Origin: Tubiluchus corallicola
Taxonomy: Eukaryota; Animalia; Priapulida
Length of the DNA stretch: 64,000 bases
Assembly: GCA_030141605.1 (NCBI GenBank)
Contig: JAQGDQ010000302.1
Location: 221,860-285,859, forward strand
Reading direction: 5' to 3'
Part shown: positions 48,617 through 58,991 of the stretch, in pieces
How the letters are laid out: each line of letters starts with the position of its first letter
Numbering within the stretch: position 1 is the first letter of the stretch
The notes under the pieces: model-generated
What the model saw: only the letters and a program-made list of their open reading frames with translations
The model's database searches: none
Told to the model about the DNA's origin: nothing
Translations under genes and position numbers: made by a program

Positions 48617-49816
48617 CTGCACAATTAACTTAATTTAAAGGAAAACAAGATAATTTTTCATATTCTACCCAATTTTGAAGTGCAGTAAAAAGTATACATT
48701 TTAACACCAATAATAACTGCAAGAACATTCTTTCTAATAATTAAATAACAGATTAAAAACTTAATTAATAGCAGGCGAGCCCAACTAGTGATGACATCAC
48801 AAAACAAATTTTCAGCAGCACAATATTCTACGAGCGTGTTGCAAGTGTTTGTGAAAATGAACACTGAAGTACAGTGCTGCTGCACAAGATTCAGTGTGAG
48901 ATATCAAAACTTGGCAAATTTCAAGCATAAAATTCAAATTTCAGATTTACCAGTATGCTCACGCATGAACTCTCGAACGTGTGCACTATGTCACAAATGA
49001 ACACCTCTGAAATGAGGGATACAGCCCCTTTTTTGCGTAACGCATTTCTGAAATGCAAGCGCTAGTGCCCATCTAACTAACGAATGCACATAACGCCGAA
49101 GAACTAGCCACAGGAAAGGGAAATTGCATTTGTGTGGTAATATTTTTTTTCATGTTAGTCATTCTTAAAAAAGTACTATGTTCGCATTCAATATTTTAAA
49201 GAGTAGATTGTTTTAACCTACAGTTTAAGATTGGGTCCAGTTTTCCTTTAGGGAACAGATTACAAGTCTTAGCAAACGATGACACAACCACACTGTGTAG
49301 CTACTATTGTCAAAACTTGACCACCATTCCAACATGCCTTACACTACCTCTGAAAAAGCCATACCTGAATCACCATGTTTGGTTTCTTCATCACCACCTT
49401 TATTTTGTCTGACTTTCTTATCACTGTCTGAACTGAAAAAGGTAAGTTACCTGTTTATTAAGAAACACTGATATTTATCATATTGATAAACAGCTAGATG
49501 ATGACAACCACTTAGTAAGAGTCATTAAATGAAGAGAAATGTGAGTATTGGGGAAAGATCAGTAGTTTAGCCCAGGACTAGCAACATAGGGTATAAAGAG
49601 TTTATTTATAAGTGCATACCTAAAAAACTTTGCTGTTCCACTGGGATTCAAAGCGAGGTCTTCTTGCAACGCATGTGGGCAAAATAAATGACACGAAAAG
49701 CCAAGGAAAACCCATTTATGAGTCAATTTCATTATCGACTAAAAAATGATCCACTGTTATTTAACATAGTGGTTTAACATTTCATTTTAATATTTTACGG
49801 CTGCATTTAAGTATAC

Positions 49817-49971
49817 CTCACTGATCTGATACGCTGTTTCTATATCACCGACGGCATCGGATGCATACGACATCCAACTGAAAGCACCATCTCTTTCCCA
49901 CTGCCACAAAGTACCCTGAGAAACAGGCAAGGTGGAAAGCAGACGCCAGCGATGGATAGGTCTGCACGTAC
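49817..49971 (-). CDS. dtx: deltex WWE1-end/WWE2 exon
   Basis: 155 nt, phase 1/0: GTCRPIHRWRLLSTLPVSQGTLWQWERDGAFSWMSYASDAVGDIETAYQISE. Confidence 0.8.
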
Positions 49972-51163
49972 CTAAATCAGTGGTCAAATATTAAGTTACA
50001 GAAAAAATTCAGTTTTTACTCCTCAACACAATATCATAAATTTATCTTTTGCAAAGAGAAGCCTACTCTTCAAATCTAACTGATGTGATTATGTTTTGCA
50101 CACTAGTGGATGCTACTAGTGACTGTTGGCAGATAGCTCTAGATGTTAAAAGCTGACATTTACCATACCTTTTGACTGCTTTGCTATGAAACATATTCGT
50201 TTTGCTTCAATTTAAGGAGTAGGCAGGCCTACATACAATATTGACTAACACAAAATGCCTGAATAACTTAAGGAGATCGTTAACTGATATATAGATATGT
50301 AACAGAAAGCATAACGTTAGTGATGGCTCACAAATTGGAACTTCTTTGCACAGTAACAGTTCCTATCCTTCACGAATTAAGAACACACAAAGTGGGTAAA
50401 TACCAATTTTGCACTATGCCAGAGATTTGGAGTAGATTATCCCTGAAATGACAGAAGAGCAACATCGGTAAATTCTAGTTCAAAATAATGTTGGATTGTG
50501 AATATCATCCGTTAAAGTGAATCATCATGATAACAGGGAAATGCTGGGAAATGTTAGAGCATAAATTACATTGTTATTATGATGAGAAAAATCCACCATG
50601 AGAATTAAGTCTTGAAGTTAGTAATAAACAGATTCATTTTTATGGATATTTGTCATAACTACAATGGATCTGCTACGTACGAAGTATGAATTTGTGAAGT
50701 TATAATTTATAACTACAGAAGATTTACTGCTAGTATTAACTTATAATTTATTAAAAACATGTAACAACATAAAGTTGTTTACAGACATGCCAGAACTGCT
50801 GCAGGTACGCCACATGAGTATGAACTCTACCAATCAGTTTTGTATCAAGTTTATCATTGAAGATACTGTCTACTTCTACCAATTCAAATCAATTCATTTT
50901 ATTAACTCTACAAATTTAGCAGATGCAAGGCAGTACTAACAATATGATTAAAGGAAATGAGAAGGGTGGAAAAGTACTCATAGGTTGCCTAGTCAGCCAC
51001 CCTTACCTAGTTAGTCAGTCTACCAGGTACTCAAAAACTCTAGCAGAAGAAGAGACTTAGTGTATAAGTACAGCAATAGGCCTACCACATTGTCTATACG
51101 TAATTGCATAATATAACCGCTAAATTTTATAATTTAGTACTAAGTAATAAAAATTCTAATTAC

Positions 51164-51358
51164 CAAAACCTAGACGTATCTGGTTTGAATTTACAAAGTC
51201 AGTAATATACGGGAGATTTGAGATCAGATCTACTGCTCGTTGTTCGATAAAATGACCAACACTCGGGTCGTACGGTATCCAACTAGAGTAGTGTTCATCA
51301 CGCCATTCCCACACGACCGAATTTACAATGTCAGCACTTTTTTGTTTTTCACACGTTA
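51164..51358 (-). CDS. dtx: deltex WWE1 exon (5' boundary tentative)
   Basis: NSVVWEWRDEHYSSWIPYDPSVGHFIEQRAVDLISNLPYITDFVNSNQIRLGF|gtaatt; the acceptor tactaaatttag is tentative. Confidence 0.7.
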
Positions 51359-51711
51359 CTAAATTTAGTACTATATAGTAGCTCGACAAAAATCAGATAA
51401 ATTAGTAATTCGCGTGTCTTGCACTATTATTTTACAGTGAAGCTCTGATAAAAACTCAGCGTTTTTCATACTGTTACAACTCCAATATTTGATCACAACG
51501 TTCACGGCGTCATATATGAAATTGTGGTTGCTAGACACCAGCAAGCGAATAATTTTTGACGCTTCGTCACTGCTAGGCAAGTGATTTTATTTCAGAACGA
51601 CTTTATTACACAGACTAGTTTGTGTCAGTGCCTGACTCTGAGCCATAGAACCTATGCTCTGAGCTGATTTAAAACTAATTAGTAGGGGTGAACTGATAAG
51701 TATGTCGACTA

Positions 51712-53662
51712 CTACCCAATGCAATATGCTGATGATGTGGCATAGATTACAGGAAACGAAGAAGAAGCAGATGAAATAAAAAACTCAATAGAAGAGAAAC
51801 TGAAAATAATGGATCTCGTAATAAACAAAAAAAAAATCTGAAAAGTTTCACATAACACGCCATGGTGGTGAATCATGGCAAAAATGCAAATATCTCGGTA
51901 GTCTGCAACAGAAGACGACACATCAAGACAGAAAATACTGGCATTATCAGCTTACTCAAAACTCACGAAAGTTTTTGAGAATAGGAAGATTTCTTTGGAA
52001 ACAAAAGTTAGAATATTCTCGGCTTTAGTTGAAACTGTATTTATGTACAACTCTGAGCTCTGGGCATTAAAACTAAATCATAAAACTGAAATCGATGCGT
52101 TTCAAAGGCGAAATTACAGAAACATTTGGGGTATCAGATGGCCAAAGAAGATCTCAAAATACAGATCTATATGAAAAAGTAAAAGAAGAACCTTGGACAA
52201 GAAAAATAAAAAGATGCCTGTAACATTCGGGTCACGAAATCCTTTGCTAGCCCAACTGGGCCTCAAACTTGGATCGGGCAACTTAGGTCAAGATGGATTG
52301 CTGAACCGGTCGGTGACTCCAAATGTTAAAGAGCAGCAATATTTGTTTTAATTCTAAGGCATTTACAAGCGCAGGAGGGGCCGGTCCTTTCTAAAGTACG
52401 GAGAATGGGCCAATGGTGATACAGTGTGAACGGAAACAGTGAACACAGTATAAACAAAGTATAAATAAACAAACTGCTTGCCATGGGTTTAACATTTTAA
52501 TTGGCATAATTAATTGATGAATCAAAAACAATAAACAAAAAGTTACAACTTGCACTAGAACAGCGGGGTACCCCTCATTTAATATCAGTCTGCTAGCATT
52601 TCACATAGCGGGACGTTTCCCGTAAAGTTCCGGAGCTCACACACTTAGGTGGCTGGAATCACTTTGCTAACAGCCTTGTCGGCAACGGCGACTGCACCAA
52701 TGTTCCACTCGCTTGGCTGGCTTAATGAGACTAGCGGCGATGACAGACCACCAAGATTCTCCTGACGACCTGTCCTTCTAATGAGTCAGGTACCAGGCTT
52801 TCAGAATGTATATAAGTCTACTTTTTGTGCCGTTTTGGTTGAAAACTCCACCATCATGGAAGCATACCCATCACAGGAAAATGTAATTTGCCAAATACTA
52901 GACGTATAGCTCACACTCTGTCTACTCAAGACAATGACTAGTAGTGTGAACAATTCAATTCACGTAGCTATTGCAAGTCATGAAGTTGGTTATAAAAGTA
53001 TTTGAAACAACGTCTTGTCAGCCAATGCCCCGACGAAATCAATTGGCCTTTTAACTGAGTCGGCCATTTAACAACTCTATCCATAACCTCCTGGAATAAT
53101 CTGCACCTCTCAAGTTATACCTGTCGTGACCCAGTTAATCATCCAATCACAGCGGTACTATAGGCATGAGATCATGAAGCCAGAATTTGGTCCAAAAGTT
53201 GAACTGTAACATTTCTTTGTCGAACTCCCAATAGGTGGAGCCACCAATTTATAACGTTTAGCAAATTCGGTTAATTAGTTATTAATAACAGGTTCAATAG
53301 AATACATGCAGATATAGCTAATAGTTCTTTCAAATGCCACGTAAATGTGTTATTACAGTTAAATGGCTATTCGTTTTAATCTGCTAAATACGACCGTGAC
53401 AATGCCGTTTAAGATATACTTAGACTACCTGATGACAATCCGGTGAAGATAGCTCTTCAACAAGCCAAGTAGCACCAGTTAAAAAACCTGCAGCAGGACA
53501 AATGTTAACATATTATGATTTTGCACTGAAAGATTTAAACAGTTTATCACCTTGGAGATAAATGCACTTGCGTACGAGCATTGCTATGAGTACGGAGTTC
53601 TGGCATAGGCAGGTGAACAGAATCATTTCCCTGGACATTATGATTCATTGGATGATGATGAG
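51712..53662 (+). mobile_element. RTE-like LINE fragment (RT YADD motif to 3' tail) split by a solo LTR
   Basis: QYADDVA*ITG...KISLETKVRIFSALVETVFMYNSELW...IDAFQRR up to 52218; resumes at 53402 (LRLPDDNPVKIALQ) and ends in GATGATGATGAG. Confidence 0.85.
52219..53401. mobile_element. solo LTR (1183 bp) with 5-bp TSD
   Basis: Starts TGTAAC, ends GTGACA, flanked by ATGCC on both sides (52214-52218, 53402-53406); interrupts otherwise continuous LINE sequence. Confidence 0.85.
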
Positions 53663-54054
53663 TAGGGGTGAGCATCGAAACATTCGACTTCGAACGAGTT
53701 TTTAAGTTCGAATTCGATTCGAACCTAGAACTATAGATTCGAATAATTCGCCACTTGAATCACACACGTTCTTTATCATTAAAACGTTTGAAACATAAGC
53801 AATTAGCAGAATTTAGCTATGATTGATGTGCACAATTTTTAAACAAATTATTAGTAGTTTTGCCTGCAGAACAACATCTTTTAATATGCATGTTCTTTGT
53901 AAGACTAATTTTTGTTGGTGGTTCGAAAACTTGTTCGGAAATCTTTCAATCTCAATTCGAATTCGAAATACCGAAGTTCAGTTCGATTCGAATTCGAAAG
54001 TCACAAATTTGATTCGATTCGAATTTGCTTTCTGGTAGAGAATGCACATCCCTA
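53663..54054. mobile_element. hAT-type MITE, same family as 48206-48616
   Basis: TAGGGGTGAGCATCGAA...AATGCACATCCCTA, collinear with the 48206 copy. Confidence 0.88.
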
Positions 54055-54059
54055 CTGAT

Positions 54060-54434
54060 TAAGGCTGAGCATCGAACGTTCGAGTTCGATTCGAACAAGC
54101 TTTTTTTAGTTCAAATTTGATTCCATCCTAAAATTACAGATTCGAATAATTTAGCACTTCAGCCACGTAATAACTATGTTCTTTATTATTAAAATGTTGA
54201 AAACAGCATGCAATTAACACAATTTGGCTGCAGTTCCTGTGCAAAGTTCTTTTTAACAGACGAATAGTGGTTTTGCTGCAGAACAAAATCAAGTAATATG
54301 CACGATCTTTGCAAGACCACTTTTTACTATTGGTTCGAAAATCTTTCAAACTCAATTCGAATTCGATTCGAAATCGAAATACTGAAATTCGATTTGATAC
54401 AAATTCGCCTTCAGTTAGAGAATGCTCACCCCTA
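54060..54434. mobile_element. hAT-type MITE, third copy, adjacent in tandem
   Basis: TAAGGCTGAGCATCGAA...AATGCTCACCCCTA, collinear with the other two copies. Confidence 0.85.
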
Positions 54435-55914
54435 GAACTGATTAGCTGATTCAAATACGCAGTTAGGGAAAATATTTAACATGTGCAGGAAAAAAATGAA
54501 AAGCTTCATTTACAACGAAAAAGCTGAGATGAAACAGAAAACTTTGAAAATTAAATTAAGTGTTAGGGGATCAACAATATTTTAATTATACAGAATTAAT
54601 GAACATGTGTGGCTGGTGGTCTGTGTAGTTGATTACTTTGTTATACACTTCTACAGATTGCTTGACTGATTGATTGACTGTTTTGTTGTCTAATTGATTA
54701 TTACCTCGCTTTGACATCTTCCAATTTTGGAGAAATTAATATCCTGCATGAATTTGGCTAAAAAAAATAATTATTATTATTGTAAAAAAACTGAAAACTC
54801 TGCAGTGAGGTCAAACATATCTAACTCTTGATGCTACTAATTCCAAAATTAATCGGCTGTCTAGTCTTGCAAGCAAACCGTAGGTTTTCTACGCCACACC
54901 TGGACAAATTGTCTGTTACCTTCAATTAACCAATTCACGTAACAAAATAATATTATCAGTTTAATGGATCATGATGAATTAAAATATTTAAGACACGCAT
55001 GGCTACCTAACTGTAATTAAATTGAACCTAATTATGTGAGTTTTAGTAAAATTGTACAGTGTGTACTCAATGCCGATGACTGATATTATATTTTTATGTC
55101 AACAACTATCAAATTGGTAGTTCCCCTACACCATGGCCCGTCCTGGCCCACGGGTAAGTTGGGCTGCTACGTACCTTGTGTTTTCCTTCACATCTTAGAT
55201 CGGCCATTCATTGGAGATAATTATGTCAAGTTAGGTGTTGGTTGTTTTTGTGTTTTACCTCACTACCATGTGTTTTGTTATTGTGGGTATTGTTGCTATT
55301 GAAGAAAGTATTCATCTGGCTGAGAAGAAGAGAGTAAGCAAATTGCCTAGTGCCTACAAAGTTTTTGCTGATGAAGTGCTAGACTGATAAAAAATCACTG
55401 GTCGGGCAATGGTCAAATGTAACGTGAGAAAAGATAAAAAACAGCCAAATTTTACTGACCATGCTCAGTAATTATCTATATGGAGAAGTTGGTATAAAAT
55501 GGAAATATGATCAAAAATCTTAGTTTGGTCTCTGTCAATCGCTGTAATTGAATATTCATGTTATCTTTCTTGGGTCTGCATATATTTATTGTAAAATATA
55601 TAATTTACAAAAAATGGAGATAGAACATCAATAATTTAGAAATACATTATAATTGCAAATCGTCAGACTACTTTTTCTGCTAGAAAACATTGTTTAGGCC
55701 AAAGTCAAATTTTAAGGTTCCGCGACACTGCAATATGTATAACATTTATATTTAATAATGTACATTTCATGGTAAAATTAAAAGCTATATAATGCTACCT
55801 AGCTGAGCAACAACAAAAAAACAAACATTTAATCTGTTTTAATTGCGTTTTATTACTCATAGTTGTCTACATTTTAATTTAAGTAATACTGTATCGGCAT
55901 AATATACTTTTGGT

Positions 55915-56058
55915 GTTGATGTTGATAATGATTTCGGTGGTGGTGGTGATGAATGATGATGATGATTATGGTGATGATAATGTCAACAGTGATGACAATG
56001 ACAGTAATGACAATGACTGTGATCACGGATGGTGACAATGATGATGATATGATGATGG

Positions 56059-56092
<34 letters not shown>

Positions 56093-56130
56093 AGTGGTCG
56101 TGGTCGTGATGATGATGATGATGATGATAG
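55915..56130. repeat. degenerate (ATG)n/(GTG)n microsatellite
   Basis: Directly visible; generates spurious poly-M/V/I/T ORFs. Confidence 0.92.
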
Positions 56131-56593
56131 TCAGTGCCGACGATGTTTGCCCCAATGTGTATATATTTTCTGAATGTTGAACGAAATTAAGTGTTTCTTC
56201 TAATGCCTATTGAACCTTGCATAGTTCGTCATGAGAAGGAAAGAATGGAGACTCGTTTTCCTTTCTCCATAATTTTTACATAAAAATCGTGGTGTATAAA
56301 ACTTATAATACTGTTTAATTTCAAATGATCATCTCAAAATCAGCTTATGCTGCTTCACGCAATTCAGTAAAAGTTGTTAAATTGGACGAGTCATTGGCGT
56401 ATATTTGCGTGACGGTAGCATTGGTGATCAACTCCGTTATACTTCTGCAACTGCGCAGTAGCTCTGCTAGTACTTTGATTACTTTTGATAGTGAGTAAAT
56501 TCCGATTACGCAGCAACCATGACCCATCAATTTAAGTAGGTCGTGCATTGTATAATAACTCGGCCTGATCTTGGTCTTGAAAATAGATGGTCT

Positions 56594-56634
56594 TGAGAAT
56601 TATTTAAAGCTAGCTTAGCTTTAAATAATTCTCA
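56594..56634. repeat. perfect 19-bp-arm hairpin
   Basis: TGAGAATTATTTAAAGCTA-GCT-TAGCTTTAAATAATTCTCA. Confidence 0.85.
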
Positions 56635-57358
56635 GTCAATAATAATTTTAAAATTTAGTATGATTTTTTTTTACAAAAATTTAGTGTTGATCGTCAGACG
56701 GGTAAGCAGATTCTCACTGAAGCTATTTTGTAGGCACAATAAAATCAGTATCGGAAACGCCTTTTACATAACATGCTGTATTTATATTGGGCTACTGTTA
56801 ACAGGACATTGCACTGAAATTCATAAAAACGTTTTTCTTTGACTTTAATATAGGTAAGGACGTCTTGGATACATATAGCTTTTACAGATTTTCGTTAGTA
56901 TTCTACAGGGTGTCATCATCTAACAAACTACTCAAGAATCAAGAAATGAGTTTTATCGTTTTTCTTTCTTAAGTATTAGAAAGTGCTTCAGGTGCAAATA
57001 AGTGCATGGCGAATCTAGGCAACAAAGCGCAGAAGTATAACTTATACGAATCGTTTATTTAAAACCGAGAACCCACTAAACCAAGAGGATATTTCAGAGG
57101 AAATTTTGCAAATATTTGGTATCGGTTGTATTTGGTTACACACAAAAAAGTAATCAGTCTAGTTATAAATTAATAAGACGGCAATGTTTAACAAGTTTGT
57201 TTTAAATTGTAAATAGGCCTTTAATAGTGAATACGGAGCATACGTTTAGTGGATGATGAAATTACGGTAGTTTTAAACGTTTAATTTTGTGCGCTAATTT
57301 AATTGTTGTAAATTTGTTTATAAAAATTTTATGATAACTTTATCGTGGGAACTGGTAA

Positions 57359-58421
57359 TTAGAGCAGTTGATTGGGTTTTCGTGGTTTATGGTTGTCGCC
57401 AGTAAATAATTTCATCTGTCGAAGCTGGAGTTCATACGTGAAGAATGATTCAGTTTTAATCATATCTGCGCAGTATTCTGGCGCATTATGACGTAATGTG
57501 TACGTCAGCACGTCACTAGTAGACGGGGCAAACCGAGGATCATATACTTTTGAAGTACGATTAAATATACAATCTTGTTTTGCTGCCATTATGTGTGTCC
57601 TAAGCGTGTTAACATCGTCAGCCATCTTTTTTTCCCCGTAAGTTTTCACTTTTTCGTCAAAATTTTGTAAGGACATGTTATAAAAATGATAATCTCCCCA
57701 GCTCCATTGCTGCACTGTGAGAATTTGATCTGTGCTTAAGTGTATTTTGTTTGCTGAAGGCCGCGCATTAGTCAGAAAAACAACAACATCATTCCATGTC
57801 CAACACAACAAATCTCTAAGCAAAACAAGAGATTCTTCAAATCGTTCAGCTATCATTATTAGATCGAATTCCCGATGCATGGTAGCCACCAGTTCATTTA
57901 TAACATCACTGTTGTCGTAATCCATCGGTTCTAGACCAAACATGCGCAACATACCATTACGTAATTTGTTGGTGTTCTTTACTGCTGTACCTCGCCCAGA
58001 GTAACTGTCTGGGTTACGTATGAACGTACTAAAATTTGCTCCCAGAAATTTCTCATAGCTGGCATATTGATAAAGTGATTCCATCCATGACACTGGATGG
58101 CGCAGTATGGACACAAACGTGGCTAATGGCATCAATTCTTTCATTTCTCCAAGACGCAGTCTTGTATGATGACAAAACACATTGTAAGTTCTGTTTGGAT
58201 GTGGTATTAGCATTTCGTATCGAAAGGCCTTGTTCACCCCAATAAAATTTCCTCTCTTTTTAGGGAGGGCGAATGATAGGCCATTGTTTTTGCCATACCT
58301 CATGAAGATATTTTGCAGGGCACTGCTTGCAGATTTCGGTGTCTTTAAGAAAAATATGTCCTTAACAGGCGAGCAACTCTTCTTTCGTACAGTCGCAGCA
58401 TTTAGTGTGATCAGTTGTTCT
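57359..58421 (-). CDS. galactose-3-O-sulfotransferase-like protein, main catalytic exon (copy A)
   Basis: Uninterrupted ORF (track 57359..58459, 366 aa) with IFFLKTPKSASSALQNIFMRYG (5'-PSB), CHHTRL, ILRHPVSWMESLYQY (3'-PB) and FDLIMIAERFEESLVLLRDLLCW, all characteristic of the Gal-3-O-sulfotransferase family. Acceptor ttttttacag at 58422. Confidence 0.92.
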
Positions 58422-58521
58422 CTGTAAAAAATAAAATTAGTGCAGCAAAAATCATTCACAGAACGGCGTATTTGCCAGTCTCCCTCCCCCTTGTGAGTAT
58501 TATATTACAAGTAGTAAATAC

Positions 58522-58562
58522 CTGCTGAACTGCTTGCATTCTCTAATCGTAAGTAAAAACAT
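58522..58562 (-). CDS. candidate upstream exon of sulfotransferase copy A (MFLLTIRECKQFS/R)
   Basis: CAG|gtattt donor, 100-nt intron, phase 2 compatible with the main exon. The true start is uncertain and there is no clean transmembrane anchor. Confidence 0.4.
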
Positions 58563-58865
58563 CAAATTGCATTTAGTGATAGTGTCACTAAAAATTACGA
58601 AAACAGATTTTACTTGATGTTACGAGTCTTCTTGCGATTCTTGTCAATTTTCGTGTCTCAGATTCGACTTAAAGGTTACAAAGCTTTCAGTAGGCATAGC
58701 ACTCTAATGATAGTCTAGGTGTGGCTTGCTGATTGAGTTGTACAAAGACCCTCGAACAGGTTAAATAACCATGCGTTTCTTTTCATTAACATTGTGCAAA
58801 TCTTACATTTTTATTTTTTATTTTTCCGAACCTTAAGTCATAGGCACTAAAACTCTAAAAGGAAA

Positions 58866-58991
<126 letters not shown>

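Larger units (their letters stand above)
42774..51358 (-). pseudogene. dtx: deltex-family E3 ubiquitin ligase (WWE-WWE-RING-H2-DTC), intron-containing, apparently disabled
   Basis: Exons 51164-51358 (VVWEWRDEH..WIPYD), 49817-49971 (LWQWERDG..WMSY), 49620-49738, 49365-49432, 46994-47066, 46350-46484 (CTIC...CKHMFHQAC), 45168-45316 (LQCPSC..YGEKRGIQP), 44703-44792 (EHPNP..GFPRTCYLPNNEKGKK), 42774-42983 ([32 protein letters not shown]). Family identity is clear. Exons 46994-47066 and 45168-45316 are frameshifted, and no in-frame ATG exon was found. Confidence 0.75.

Noticed and set aside
51371-51580. Upstream ORF containing MKNAEFLSEL... as the deltex start
   Set aside because: Out of frame with the WWE exon and terminates before it; no deltex-like similarity.
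55874-56180. Poly-I/T/H and poly-M/V ORFs
   Set aside because: Products of the (ATG)n/(GTG)n microsatellite.
56345-56548. 67-aa minus-strand ORF with a real ATG
   Set aside because: No recognisable motif and no supported splice partners.
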